Shown: positions 41,145 to 51,249 of the stretch, one piece after another | Layout of the letters: each line of letters opens with the position of its first letter | How positions within the stretch are numbered: position 1 is the first letter of the stretch | NCBI GenBank assembly: GCA_903928055.1 | Contig: CAIYPG010000076.1 | Location: 87-64,086, forward strand | DNA length: 64,000 nt | Source: an uncultured beta proteobacterium | Lineage (GTDB): Bacteria; Pseudomonadota; Gammaproteobacteria; Burkholderiales; SG8-39 | Direction of reading: 5' to 3' | Notes under the pieces: generated by a model | Database searches by the model: none | What the model was told of the DNA's origin: nothing | The model's input: the letters and a program-made list of their open reading frames with translations, nothing else | Translations under genes and position numbers: made by a program

Positions 41145-41915
41145 CTATATCGCCCTCGCCATGGCCTCGGCGGCCTCGGCCGCCAGCACTCCGCTGGTAA
41201 TGCCACCCTCGAGCGCGTCCCGGTCAAAAGTCAGAAATGCCACGCTCGCACCACGTGATCCGGTCACCAGCGGCGCGGCGGCAGCCTGGCTGCGGCAATA
41301 GCGGAATCCGGGCGGGCCGATTTCCCGCCCGTCGATGATAACGGAACCTTCAAGCACCACTTCGTAGCGGCCAAACTCGGGAGCAGGCATGCCCAGTGCC
41401 GCTTGTGCAGGCGCCCGGACGACCACGGCGGCGGGGCCATAGTCCGGGGGCATCAACAGCTTGTACATCGAGTGGTCGGCGCCGGGCATGGGCCGCCACT
41501 CGGCCTCGCCCGCCAAGGAAGCAAAAATCCGTCCGCGCAGATTGATCTGGCGCCGCGCATCGAGATTGGCCATGGAGATGATGCCGCCCGCCTTTGGATG
41601 CAGCACCAGCATCTCGTGCCCGCCTGCAACGGCAAACGGACCATAGGGCATGTTGTGGTCCGTGTAATGGATGGAAAGCGCCTCCAGATGCTTGACCCCG
41701 CGCGGAAAGTCCATGGTGCCGTTCAGTAGCAACTGGAATTGTGCTGTGAGATGCATGTGCGCATAGACCGAAGGACAATCATCAAAGCGAAACCGCAGCG
41801 CTTCTGGTCCGCCATCCTCACCGGACAGCAGTACCTGGCAGGCGAATGCCACACCCTCGGAGGCACTGCGCTTCCAGGGCGAGTTGGCGGCATCGACGAT
41901 GTAGCAGTCCTGCAT
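41145..41915 (-). CDS. Hypothetical protein, probable double cupin-like fold
   Basis: AHMH..QFQLLLNG and YEVVLEGS cupin-like strands; HYTD..YGPF. Confidence 0.6.
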   Translation of the reverse strand: MQDCYIVDAANSPWKRSASEGVAFACQVLLSGEDGGPEALRFRFDDCPSVYAHMHLTAQFQLLLNGTMDFPRGVKHLEALSIHYTDHNMPYGPFAVAGGHEMLVLHPKAGGIISMANLDARRQINLRGRIFASLAGEAEWRPMPGADHSMYKLLMPPDYGPAAVVVRAPAQAALGMPAPEFGRYEVVLEGSVIIDGREIGPPGFRYCRSQAAAAPLVTGSRGASVAFLTFDRDALEGGITSGVLAAEAAEAMARAI

Positions 41916-42130
41916 GGAATGCGCGGTCCGATTTGAGAATTAAGAACCATTCTATGCACCATGGCCCCGGTTTGCAAAACAGCCCCCAAAGGCCGGCAGG
42001 GCGCGGATTCAAACCTGCCTATAATTGCCCGGCCACGGCCGAAAAAGGCCGGTGGAACGCAATGCACATAAAAAAGAGGCGCCAGGCCTGCAACCCAGTC
42101 GCGGCGCGGTCCAACAGCGAGGAGAACGAC

Positions 42131-43252
42131 ATGGCAGCAGGAAAGTCCGCCGCGCGGAAGCCGGAGCTCATCACCGCCGATTTCTTCGTCCCCCACATTT
42201 CCTGTGTGAAAGCAAACGCCGGGCAACTTGTCGGCCTGCATGTGCGCCAACGCGTGCTCACCAGTCCGGCCAAAGCACTGAGCGGTCCGGGCAAGGGACG
42301 CGTGGTGCTCTTCGTGCATGGCGGAAACGTGCCGGTGGTGCCCGCCTTCGACCTTGACTACAAGGACTACAGCTGGATGGCCCATCTCGCGAGGGCCGGC
42401 TTCAACGTCTACGGCATGGACCTGAGCGGCTACGGCGCCTCTCCCCGTCCCATGATGGATGACCCCGCCAATGTCGACGCGGAAGGCCAGCCGCTGCTGA
42501 TACCGAAGCAGTTGAAGCGACGGACCGCGCCGAATTATCCGTTTGAGTCGCACACGATCCGCAGCGACTGGGCCGAAATCGATGCTGTCGTCGATTACCT
42601 CCGCCTTGTGAACGGTGTGAAGAAGGTGTCACTGGTGGGCTGGTCGGCAGGCGGGCCGCGCGTCGGCGGCTACATCTCGCAGCATCCGGACAAGGCCGAT
42701 CGCGTGGTGCTGTTCGCCCCCTCGGAGCCCGATCCGAAGCTCAGGGACATTCCCGCCAACCCCGGACGCGGCGCACCCACCAAGATCCAGTCACGCCAGG
42801 ACCTGGAAAAGAACCGCTGGGATCCCAATATCGGGCGCCCAGGGCAGGTCGCCCCTGGCATACGCGATGTGATCTGGAAGCAGATATCAGCGTGGGATCC
42901 GATTGGCGCGAACTGGGGACCGCCCGGTCGGGGTGGTGTCATGCGCAGCCCCAACCGCACCCGCTCGGGCTGGACGCCGGAAATGGCAAGCAAGGTCAAG
43001 GCGCCTGTACTCATCATCGCAGGCACACTGGATCGCCCCGAGGCGCGCCTGCGCGCCTATGGACATCTCACCGTCCGCGACAAGGCCTGCCTGCTCGTGG
43101 AGTCGGCCTCGCATTTCATGAACTGGGAAAAGCAGCGCCACGTGCTGCATGCCGCCTCGCTGGAGTGGCTGGCGCACAGCCGCATCAACGGCCGGCGCAG
43201 CGGCAGGTTCAAGGCGGACTGGAACGGCCGCTATTCGCCGCTGAAGGACTGA
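42131..43252 (+). CDS. Alpha/beta-fold hydrolase
   Basis: VLFVHGG, DLSGYGAS, GWSAGG nucleophile elbow, C-terminal D and ASHF. Confidence 0.85.
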   Translation: MAAGKSAARKPELITADFFVPHISCVKANAGQLVGLHVRQRVLTSPAKALSGPGKGRVVLFVHGGNVPVVPAFDLDYKDYSWMAHLARAGFNVYGMDLSGYGASPRPMMDDPANVDAEGQPLLIPKQLKRRTAPNYPFESHTIRSDWAEIDAVVDYLRLVNGVKKVSLVGWSAGGPRVGGYISQHPDKADRVVLFAPSEPDPKLRDIPANPGRGAPTKIQSRQDLEKNRWDPNIGRPGQVAPGIRDVIWKQISAWDPIGANWGPPGRGGVMRSPNRTRSGWTPEMASKVKAPVLIIAGTLDRPEARLRAYGHLTVRDKACLLVESASHFMNWEKQRHVLHAASLEWLAHSRINGRRSGRFKADWNGRYSPLKD

Positions 43253-43279
43253 CTGACCGGCGGCGGCCTGTGCGGGTGG

Positions 43280-44029
43280 TCAGCTGGCGTCAGGCCAGGT
43301 GGCCATCACCAGGCGGGAAAGGATGGCGCCCGCCGCACCGCGCAGGCTCAGGTTCGCGAGGCCCGACAGCCGCGTCGGCTCCGGATTGATTTCGATGACC
43401 TGGGCACCGCCGTGCATCGCCAGTTCCGGCAGTTGCGCCGCGGGATTGACGACCGACGACGTTCCGATCGAGAAGAACAGCTCGCAGTTTGAGGACGCAT
43501 CCACTGCCGCGGTCATGACCCGCTCCGGCAATGCCTCACCGAACCAGACCACGTCGGGCCGCAAGGGCGCACCGCAGCTTGCGCACAGCGGCGGACGCTC
43601 TTCATCACCATCAACCGGCGACATGACAACGCCCTCCTCCAGGCACTTGTTGCGCATGATGCTGCCGTGGAGTTCAACAATGTTTTTGCTGCCGGCCCGG
43701 GCATGCAATCCGTCGACATTCTGCGTGATCAGCGTGAAGTCGGGAATCTTCCGCTCCATCCGGACCAGCGCCAGATGCCCGGCATTGGGCCCGGCTGCGG
43801 CAATGGTGCGGCGACGCCATTCGTACCAGTCCCAGACGAGCTTCGGATCGCGCCTGAAGGCCGCCTCATTGGCCAGGTCCTCGGGACGAAAGCGTGACCA
43901 CAGACCGGACTGCGGATCGCGAAAAGTCGGCACACCGCTCTCTGCGGAGATGCCGGCACCAGTCAGGACGGTGACGAGGCGCGCCGCACGAAGCGCGTGA
44001 ACCAGTTCCTGTGGAAAGTCGGCAGACAT
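43280..44029 (-). CDS. cobB: NAD-dependent protein deacylase (sirtuin)
   Basis: TGAGISAESGVPTFR, TQNVDGLH, LHGS, RPDVVWFGE, GTSSVVNPA. Confidence 0.93.
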   Translation of the reverse strand: MSADFPQELVHALRAARLVTVLTGAGISAESGVPTFRDPQSGLWSRFRPEDLANEAAFRRDPKLVWDWYEWRRRTIAAAGPNAGHLALVRMERKIPDFTLITQNVDGLHARAGSKNIVELHGSIMRNKCLEEGVVMSPVDGDEERPPLCASCGAPLRPDVVWFGEALPERVMTAAVDASSNCELFFSIGTSSVVNPAAQLPELAMHGGAQVIEINPEPTRLSGLANLSLRGAAGAILSRLVMATWPDAS

Positions 44030-44124
44030 TCAGAATTCGATAATAATTATTGTGTTAATTCGCTTGCACAAATGAAATTTAAACGAAATTGATCATAATT
44101 TTTCCTGAAAATCCAGGCATCGAC

Positions 44125-45429
44125 CTACTGCAGTTGCCGCAGTCGCTGATCGACATAGGCAAGCAGGTCGCCTCCCAGGTTGCCAGAGGTACGGGCTCGG
44201 CGGAAAGCCTCGGCCGCCTCCTTCTTGTGTCCTGAAGCTTCCTGCGAAATCCCCAGCCCCACCCACCACATGCCCGATTGCGGCGAGAGGCGCAGCGCCA
44301 TCTGATACTCCTCGATGGCATCCTTGTGGTTGCCCAGCCGCTGCTGCAGGGCGGCGATAAATGCGTGGTAATCGGCGTTGCCGCCTGCCGCCGGCGTGTA
44401 CTTGCGCAGCAGCGTCAGCGCGCCGGCAACATCCTGCCGGTCCACCAGGATGCGCGCGGCCAGCATTGCAAATCCGGTATTGGTTGGATCAAGGTCCAGG
44501 CCACGCTGCAGCAGGACCACTGCTTCGTCAAGACGCCGTTGCTCGACCAGCAGCGCCACCAGTGTCTGGCGCGCGGCATCGTAGCTGGCATCGGCCGCAA
44601 GCGCTGCACGCAAACCTTCCATTCCCTCGGACATGCGCCCCTGGTTGACGAGGCCGACCGCGCGGCGATATTCCGATTCGGCTCGCTCACGAGTCGTGGC
44701 CGACACGCGTTTGTCGATGCGTCCTTCAGTCGACGCAGTTGCGACACCTGGAACAACCGGCGCCACGCGTGCCATTGCCTGCGCCGTTGCTGGCGTTCTT
44801 GCCGGCGCCTTTGCCGAGTCTTCCGCCATCACAGTTGCTACGGATTTGGCTGCTGATGGGGCCGCCGGGCCGGGAATGGCTGCAGGCGTCCTGGCAGGCG
44901 CCGCAGCCTGAACGGCAGCTCTTGGTGCACGCATGGTGATCGGAGTCCTGATTTCCGTTGCCAGTTTCAGCATGTCGAGCTTGGGCGGCGGCGCTGGCGC
45001 AGCCGCGACGGGGGGCCGGGTAACCTCTGCTGGGGCGGGGGCCGGGACCTGTACGGGCATGGATTCCACGACAGGCGATGACGGTGGCTGCACATTTTCA
45101 GCCTGCGAGCCACTGGCAGCCGGTGGCCCGGACGATTCCGGTGGCAACGACGCAACGGACGGTGCCGCCACCCTGGACGGCGTACGCAATGCCAGTTCAT
45201 TGACGACCGGGCGCGGAGTCAACTGCCACATCACCCAAGCCAGCCAGGCAATCGCCAGCAGCATCACTCCCGCCATCGCCCACCAGAACAATTCCGAACC
45301 GACGCGCGCCGCCTTTACCGGCCTCAGGTTTGATGCCAGCGTGGATGCCAGCGGACTGGTGCTTGCCTGCCCTGCCTGCGGGGCATGGCGCTTGTCCAGG
45401 TCCTGAAGCATCTTGTTGATGAGGCTCAT
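44125..45429 (-). CDS. mshN: MSHA biogenesis TPR protein MshN
   Basis: MSLINKMLQDLDKR, TM segment, Pro-rich linker, TPRs, WWVGLGIS. Confidence 0.82.
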   Translation of the reverse strand: MSLINKMLQDLDKRHAPQAGQASTSPLASTLASNLRPVKAARVGSELFWWAMAGVMLLAIAWLAWVMWQLTPRPVVNELALRTPSRVAAPSVASLPPESSGPPAASGSQAENVQPPSSPVVESMPVQVPAPAPAEVTRPPVAAAPAPPPKLDMLKLATEIRTPITMRAPRAAVQAAAPARTPAAIPGPAAPSAAKSVATVMAEDSAKAPARTPATAQAMARVAPVVPGVATASTEGRIDKRVSATTRERAESEYRRAVGLVNQGRMSEGMEGLRAALAADASYDAARQTLVALLVEQRRLDEAVVLLQRGLDLDPTNTGFAMLAARILVDRQDVAGALTLLRKYTPAAGGNADYHAFIAALQQRLGNHKDAIEEYQMALRLSPQSGMWWVGLGISQEASGHKKEAAEAFRRARTSGNLGGDLLAYVDQRLRQLQ

Positions 45430-46316
45430 CGGATCAGTACCCAGCCGGCGCTGGAGAAGGCGACGCAAGCCAGCACCAGCCAGACCCATGTCTGCCGCCA
45501 GCCAAAAGATGCCGGCGTATCGCGTATCGCCGACCTTGCCTGCGCCCAACCCACTTTGCGCACGCCCTCGCCATAGGCCAGCATCAGCGCCTTGTTCGCA
45601 AGGATATTGATGAGCCGCGGCACGCCGCCGCTGGCCCGGAAAATGGCCCATACCGCGGCCTTGCTGAATACCGGCTCACTGCTGTAACCGGCGACTGCCA
45701 GGCGATGCGCCAGGTAATGTCCGACTTCCGCGCGGGTCAGCTTGCCGAGGTGGTGCTGGAAGGTGATGCGCTGGCGCAACTGGCGGATCGAATCATGCGC
45801 GAGCTTTTCGTCAAGCTCGGGCTGCCCGAACAGGATCACCTGCAGCAGCTTGCGCTTTTCAGTTTCAAGATTCGTGAGCAGGCGCAGTGTTTCCAGTGTT
45901 TCAATGGGCATGGCCTGACATTCGTCAAGGCAGACAATCACCCGTTTTTTCTTTCGCGCAAAATCCAGCAATGAATGGTTGATCGCCTTGATCAGCGAAT
46001 GCTGGTCGAGGTCCCCTGCCACCTTGACATCCAGTTCGTCCGACAACGCCAGCAGCAGCGTGCGCGGCTCCAGGTTGGGGTTCGGGATATAGGCGCTGAC
46101 CCAGTTGTCATCCAGCGTGGAGAGCAGCTTGCGACACAGCAGCGTCTTGCCGGTGCCGACATCGCCGGTCATCTTGATGAAACCTTCGCCGTTTGCCAGC
46201 GCCACCAGCAGCGTGTTGAGCCCCTCCTGGATGCTGATGCATCCATAGAAGAAACTCGTGTCCGGGGTGATCCCGAACGGCGGCTCACGCAGCCCGAAGT
46301 GGCGGAGGTAGATCAC
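45426..46316 (-). CDS. mshM: MshM/ExeA-family AAA ATPase
   Basis: YLRHFGLREPPFGITPD, GDVGTGKT, DECQ, LTNLETEKRKLL. Confidence 0.87.
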   Translation of the reverse strand: MIYLRHFGLREPPFGITPDTSFFYGCISIQEGLNTLLVALANGEGFIKMTGDVGTGKTLLCRKLLSTLDDNWVSAYIPNPNLEPRTLLLALSDELDVKVAGDLDQHSLIKAINHSLLDFARKKKRVIVCLDECQAMPIETLETLRLLTNLETEKRKLLQVILFGQPELDEKLAHDSIRQLRQRITFQHHLGKLTRAEVGHYLAHRLAVAGYSSEPVFSKAAVWAIFRASGGVPRLINILANKALMLAYGEGVRKVGWAQARSAIRDTPASFGWRQTWVWLVLACVAFSSAGWVLIR

Positions 46317-48028
46317 CGGACGGAGCCCTGGGCCGCTGATGCAGCACCATAGGACTGGAGTCGGTCGCGTGTTTCCTGGAGGTTCTGGTCCCAGTCGCGA
46401 TCGCTCTGGATCACCGTGGGCTTGATCAGAATCACCAGCTCCTTCTTGATTGCGGAGCGCACGCGGTTGCCGAACGCAGCACCGACACCCGGGGCATCCT
46501 GCGCACCGGGAATGCCGGATTTGCCCGCCTCGAAGCTGATCTGCATCAGCCCGCCCAGCGCGATGATGTTTCCGTCCTGGACCCGCACCATGGTGTCCGT
46601 CTCATTGATCGTCGTCTTGGCGATGGTGAGCTCCTGCTGGCCGAGGCCGGCGCCGAAATTGAACGATAACGTCCCGTTGTCCACCCTGCTCACCAGCGGA
46701 TGGATATGCAGAAGAATGTTTCCCTCGTCATCGACCTGGGGAGTGATGTCAAGCGAGACGCCGGAGAAATAGGAAGAGAGCGTTGGCGTGAAGCTGACGC
46801 CGGTCTGTGCACCGGTTGTTGCATTCACAACCGGAGTGGCCTGGACCTGGCTGACATAGTTCTGGTCGAGGCCGACCTTGAGCACGGCCTTCTGGTTGTT
46901 GAGCGTTGCCACGCGCGGACTGGACAACACCTGGATATTGCCCTGCGACTCGAGGAACGTGAGCAACAGGGAAAAATCCTGCGCCTGAAACGCGAGCCCC
47001 ATCGCCGCCGATCCGGCAGAGCCCGCCGCAGCAGTCAATGCCGCCGCAGGCGAAAAGGTTGACGCCGGCGTCGAACTGCCAGCCCTCACACCCAGGCCCA
47101 ATGATCCGGACGATGCTCCCAGTCCCGGCACGTTCCGTGCCGATGCAAGGGCCGCCCAGTTCACCCCGGACTGGGTTCCTTCGCTGAGCGTCACTTCGAC
47201 GATCTTCGCCTCCAGTACGACCTGGCGCTCCACCGCGATGCGCATGGCCTTGAGGTAGGACTCCACTGCACGCAATTCGTCAGGCATGGCGCGCACAAGC
47301 ACTACACCACTCTGGGAATTGACAATCACGTTCCGACCATCGACGGTACCGATCAAGGCCCGCAGAGAAGTGGTCAGGTCCGCCCAGAAATCGCTCTGTG
47401 TCCTCATGGAAACCGACGATGCCCCGGTCCCTGCAACCCCTCCCGGCTGTCCCGGAACATTGGTCGCTCCGACATTGGTCTGGGCCGCTGTCTGACCGGT
47501 ATTCGTCGCAGTACTGTTGTTCCCGGAACTGACGGACATGTTGCTGGTGCCACTTCGCGTGCCAACCAGATAATTCACCTGGAACATCCGGGTCTGCATT
47601 CCGGCGGCCTGTACATACACACGAGTCCCGTCGATCCGGTATTCATAGCCGTAGACCTCGCGGATGGCTTCCAGCGCCTCACGCACGGTCACATCCTTGA
47701 GCGTCACTGACACCATTCCGGACACTGCAGGATGCACCACCATGCTGTAGCGCGTTCCTGACACGATGGAAAGGAACACCTGCTGGGCCGGTGCATTGTT
47801 GACCACCAGGTCAAACCGAGGCTCGACCGGAACCAGCGGCTGTGCGTCCAACTCCGCACGCAACGGCGGCAGCAAGGCCTCATTGACCGCAGCCGATTGC
47901 TGCGGCGGCTGCACGTCCCGCTTTGCCTCCATCTCCTGAATGATGCGTGGGCTCACGCGATCGGAAACAGGTGGCGGCGCTGCACATGCCGTCATTAGCA
48001 CAGACAACACCAGCAATGACTTCTTCAT
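46313..48028 (-). CDS. mshL: MSHA secretin MshL
   Basis: Lipoprotein; RFDLVVNNAPA, QVVLEAKIVEV, LSSPRVATLNNQKAVLKVG. Confidence 0.9.
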   Translation of the reverse strand: MKKSLLVLSVLMTACAAPPPVSDRVSPRIIQEMEAKRDVQPPQQSAAVNEALLPPLRAELDAQPLVPVEPRFDLVVNNAPAQQVFLSIVSGTRYSMVVHPAVSGMVSVTLKDVTVREALEAIREVYGYEYRIDGTRVYVQAAGMQTRMFQVNYLVGTRSGTSNMSVSSGNNSTATNTGQTAAQTNVGATNVPGQPGGVAGTGASSVSMRTQSDFWADLTTSLRALIGTVDGRNVIVNSQSGVVLVRAMPDELRAVESYLKAMRIAVERQVVLEAKIVEVTLSEGTQSGVNWAALASARNVPGLGASSGSLGLGVRAGSSTPASTFSPAAALTAAAGSAGSAAMGLAFQAQDFSLLLTFLESQGNIQVLSSPRVATLNNQKAVLKVGLDQNYVSQVQATPVVNATTGAQTGVSFTPTLSSYFSGVSLDITPQVDDEGNILLHIHPLVSRVDNGTLSFNFGAGLGQQELTIAKTTINETDTMVRVQDGNIIALGGLMQISFEAGKSGIPGAQDAPGVGAAFGNRVRSAIKKELVILIKPTVIQSDRDWDQNLQETRDRLQSYGAASAAQGSVR

Positions 48029-48432
48029 TTGGTTATCCCCCGCGGCTGGCGCGGCGTCAGCACTGCCTTGGTGTCCGACTGGACACCGGTTCGCTTCTCG
48101 ATATTGCCATAGAGCCTGATTTTCTCGATCAGTCCGCCATTACGCGTCGTGACCTCGGAATCGGTAATTCCGACGACGGTTGCATCCCCCAGCTTGCCAC
48201 CCAATTTGCTGGTCTGTCCATTGGCCGTTACCTCCTTGCGACTGGATGACAGAATGATGACCTGCCCACCACCGGCTGCCGGCACTGCAACGGCAGCCGC
48301 ATTTCCCGTGGGCATCAGAAACTCCGCCGGCGGGCGCGTCGGATCAATCAATCCCTGTGCAGCAGCAAGCGTGCCGGTCACCGCGAGCAAAAGCACAGCG
48401 CAAAGAATACGGGCGGTCAAAGCGCCAGCCAT
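48025..48432 (-). CDS. mshK: MshK-like protein
   Basis: Signal peptide, LIDPTRPP, position in operon. Confidence 0.75.
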   Translation of the reverse strand: MAGALTARILCAVLLLAVTGTLAAAQGLIDPTRPPAEFLMPTGNAAAVAVPAAGGGQVIILSSSRKEVTANGQTSKLGGKLGDATVVGITDSEVTTRNGGLIEKIRLYGNIEKRTGVQSDTKAVLTPRQPRGITK

Positions 48433-49073
48433 GTCTTGTCCGGACTGAAGGTGAACAGGGAGATTTTCAATGTGGTGACCGGGTAGGCCGCACTGAGATC
48501 CACCCCACCCCAGAATACTTTGGCAGGCAGATGCTCCAGGTCGGCCAGGTAAGAGACCAGATCCAGATAACCTCCGGACAAGGTCAGTTCGATGCCATGC
48601 CGGTACATTTGCCCGGCACCCTGTCCTTGCGCATTGCCGATGCTCTCCGGCGGCAAGGTCACCAACGCCGCGAGTTGAAGATGATGGTTGCGACGCAGTA
48701 CCTCGCCCAGCAGCTCCGCCATGCGGTCCGGCGGAACAAGTTGCTTGCGGCGTTCGCTGATACTCCTGTCCAGTTCGGCAAGCTGACCGCGCAAGGCGGA
48801 AAGCCTTGCAGAGGACTCATTGCCCGAACCGGCGACCTTTGCACGCGCCAGCGCCTCCAGTTGCACGTTCCAGGACCTCATCTCTTCCTGTTGCGACTCG
48901 ATCCGGCGCAGCTTGTCCGCACGCTCCGTCAATCGCGATGAAATAAAGGTATTGAAGCACCAGCCCACCAGAATGGCGGCGGCAGCCAGAAAAATCAGGG
49001 CACGCTCGCGCAGGCTCATCGCATCGACGCGATCGAGATAAGCACGCAATACGGCCGGCATGACCATACTCAA
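48417..49073 (-). CDS. mshJ: MshJ-like protein
   Basis: MSLRERALIF, LVPPDRM, MYRHGIELTLSGGYLDLVSYL. Confidence 0.8.
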   Translation of the reverse strand: MSMVMPAVLRAYLDRVDAMSLRERALIFLAAAAILVGWCFNTFISSRLTERADKLRRIESQQEEMRSWNVQLEALARAKVAGSGNESSARLSALRGQLAELDRSISERRKQLVPPDRMAELLGEVLRRNHHLQLAALVTLPPESIGNAQGQGAGQMYRHGIELTLSGGYLDLVSYLADLEHLPAKVFWGGVDLSAAYPVTTLKISLFTFSPDKTWLAL

Positions 49074-49675
49074 TTGACCTTGCTCTGCTGCGGCTGCGGT
49101 TCAGCGGGCAGCGGCGCGTTGACGGCATTGACGGGCTCGGCTGATGAAACCAGTGAAAACTCGACAAAGGACGACACCGGCTTGCCCGTGCCCGCCGCCA
49201 ATTCACGTCTCGACAATTCCAGGCGCTCGAAAGGCCGCCCCTTCAGGACGGGCTCAAGCCCCAGCAACTGTATGTATTCCGGAAGCAATTCAGCACTCGT
49301 GGCGCGCCCCTTGACCGTCATCTGGCCACCACCCGCATCAACATGAATGCCGGTCAACCAGACTCCGCTCAGCGGCCGCCTTGCGAACGCAGAGAGAAAT
49401 GCCGAATATCCCGCGCTCGCCTCCGCACTGCCCGCCCGCAGCTCTGCGAGCATGGCCTGCCGTGCTGCAATGTTCTTTTCGAGTTCCTTGGATTCGGCAT
49501 CGACCGCCTGCGCCGCCGCATCGGGTGACAGTTCCGCCGAAAGCTTGTTGAAACGCTCCTGCTGCTGCGTATGCGTACGAGCCGTTTCTTCCGCTCGGAG
49601 CGCCAAAGAAGTACGTTGAACTTCTATGTAGGCATAGAAGATCCCGAGCCCCAGCACCAGCAACACGCCAAACCA
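49070..49675 (-). CDS. MshI/PilN-like protein, N-terminus apparently truncated
   Basis: TM, coiled-coil, GVWLTGI, LLPEYIQLL; in-frame TGA only 4 codons upstream of the TM. Confidence 0.6.
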   Translation of the reverse strand, partial: WFGVLLVLGLGIFYAYIEVQRTSLALRAEETARTHTQQQERFNKLSAELSPDAAAQAVDAESKELEKNIAARQAMLAELRAGSAEASAGYSAFLSAFARRPLSGVWLTGIHVDAGGGQMTVKGRATSAELLPEYIQLLGLEPVLKGRPFERLELSRRELAAGTGKPVSSFVEFSLVSSAEPVNAVNAPLPAEPQPQQSKVN

Positions 49676-49699
49676 TCACCACCGCGCGGAACGGCATCG

Positions 49700-50517
49700 C
49701 CGGCGGGACCCAGCCGAAAAAGGACAAACACTGAAAGCATCACCCCCGCAAATACGATGACTCGCAGTCGCGTTGACTTGTGCATGGCTTCAGCCCTGGA
49801 CGCGAACCATATTGAGGCCAGGAGAATAATTGCCAGATACACCCAAGCCCCGCGTGAGCCGGCATACGCCATCGCCACCGCCATGGGAATCGCCAGCAAA
49901 AATCCCGTCACAATGCCGATCCGTCGCAAGGCAATCAGAAAGCCGACTGACGCAATACCGCAGGCAACATAGTTTGCAAAAAGATTGCGTTGCGCCAGCA
50001 CCCCGTACATTCCGGCCAGCGGCGCTCCTTCCACAAGGCGCCCAAAGATTGTCTCGATCTGAAAGAACTGCATGTATCCCGTAATGGCCACCAGCCAGCC
50101 ACCAGCCGCAATGAATCCGGCCAGCACGCAACTCGCGCGCTCCAGACCAAAGCGTTCACGCAGTCCGGCTCCAGACCATACGAGAATCGCTGCCCAAAGT
50201 GCATACATGACACCAAGTACGCTGCGCTGGGGATAGGCAACCAACCCAATCGATATCTGGAAAAACAGTACGACGCACAACCCGAACAATGACAACGACA
50301 GCCAAGGCAGCAGCGGCGGGTCATCACCCATCCTCAACAATACGGATGCAACCACAAGCAAGCCAATAAGAAATGCCATCCACTCGCCATAAAACGTCAA
50401 TAGCGGATAGTCATGATATGGAAAGATGAATGGCAAGAAAACGGCCAGCCCGGCAAGCACCAAACTCGGAGATGCAAGATGCCAACGTCTTCTTATTTCC
50501 AACAATCCCGATGACAT
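49700..50517 (-). pseudogene. PglL/O-antigen ligase-like O-oligosaccharyltransferase, 3'-truncated
   Basis: PFIFPYHDYPLLTFYGEW, YGVLAQRNLFANY, AGSRGA; ends in nonsense after about 270 aa; lower GC. Confidence 0.62.
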
Positions 50518-50679
50518 ATGCCGTTGCACCAAATTCCACGCAAAGATTTGAGTATAACGAGCCTTGCCAAGGGTAGCGGCAATTTGATCACCAAAGGCGA
50601 GCACTCTTGTCATCAAAGGGACGGTGTACAGGTATGATATGGATCACTGCACTGCCAAATTCCTGAACACGACGGCCGA

Positions 50680-51234
50680 ATGAACTACTGTGATAACTGC
50701 GGCGCCAAAGTCGCCATCCGAATCCCCGCCGGAGACGATAAGCCACGCCACGTATGCGACAACTGCGGCACCATCCATTACCGCAATCCGCTCATGGTGA
50801 TCGGGTCGATCCCCGAGTGGGAGGACAAGATACTGCTCTGCAAGCGCGCCATCGAGCCCCGGCTGGGCAAATGGACCCTGCCTGCAGGTTTCATGGAGCT
50901 TGGAGAATCGACCGCAGAGGCAGCTTCTCGCGAAACGCTGGAAGAGGCCAACGCCCGCATTGAAATCACCGGAATCTACACGCTGCTGTCAGTACCGCAT
51001 GTCAATCAGGTGCACATCTTCTACCGCGCAAGATTGCTGGACCTCGATTTCGGTCCGGGCACCGAAAGCCTTGAGGTCGCGCTGTTCCGTGAGGACGAGA
51101 TTCCCTGGGAAGAAATCGCGTTCCGCACCATTACGACGACCCTGCGACATTACTACGCCGACCGCAAGGCGCGTGACTTCCAGGTGCACACCGGCGACAT
51201 CCTTCCGCAGTCGAAATCAGTCCGGAGCAGCTGA
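50680..51234 (+). CDS. NUDIX hydrolase with N-terminal zinc ribbon
   Basis: CDNCG..CDNCG; LPAGFMELGESTAEAASRETLEEA. Confidence 0.9.
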   Translation: MNYCDNCGAKVAIRIPAGDDKPRHVCDNCGTIHYRNPLMVIGSIPEWEDKILLCKRAIEPRLGKWTLPAGFMELGESTAEAASRETLEEANARIEITGIYTLLSVPHVNQVHIFYRARLLDLDFGPGTESLEVALFREDEIPWEEIAFRTITTTLRHYYADRKARDFQVHTGDILPQSKSVRSS

Positions 51235-51249
51235 TTCGGGCCACGCAAC

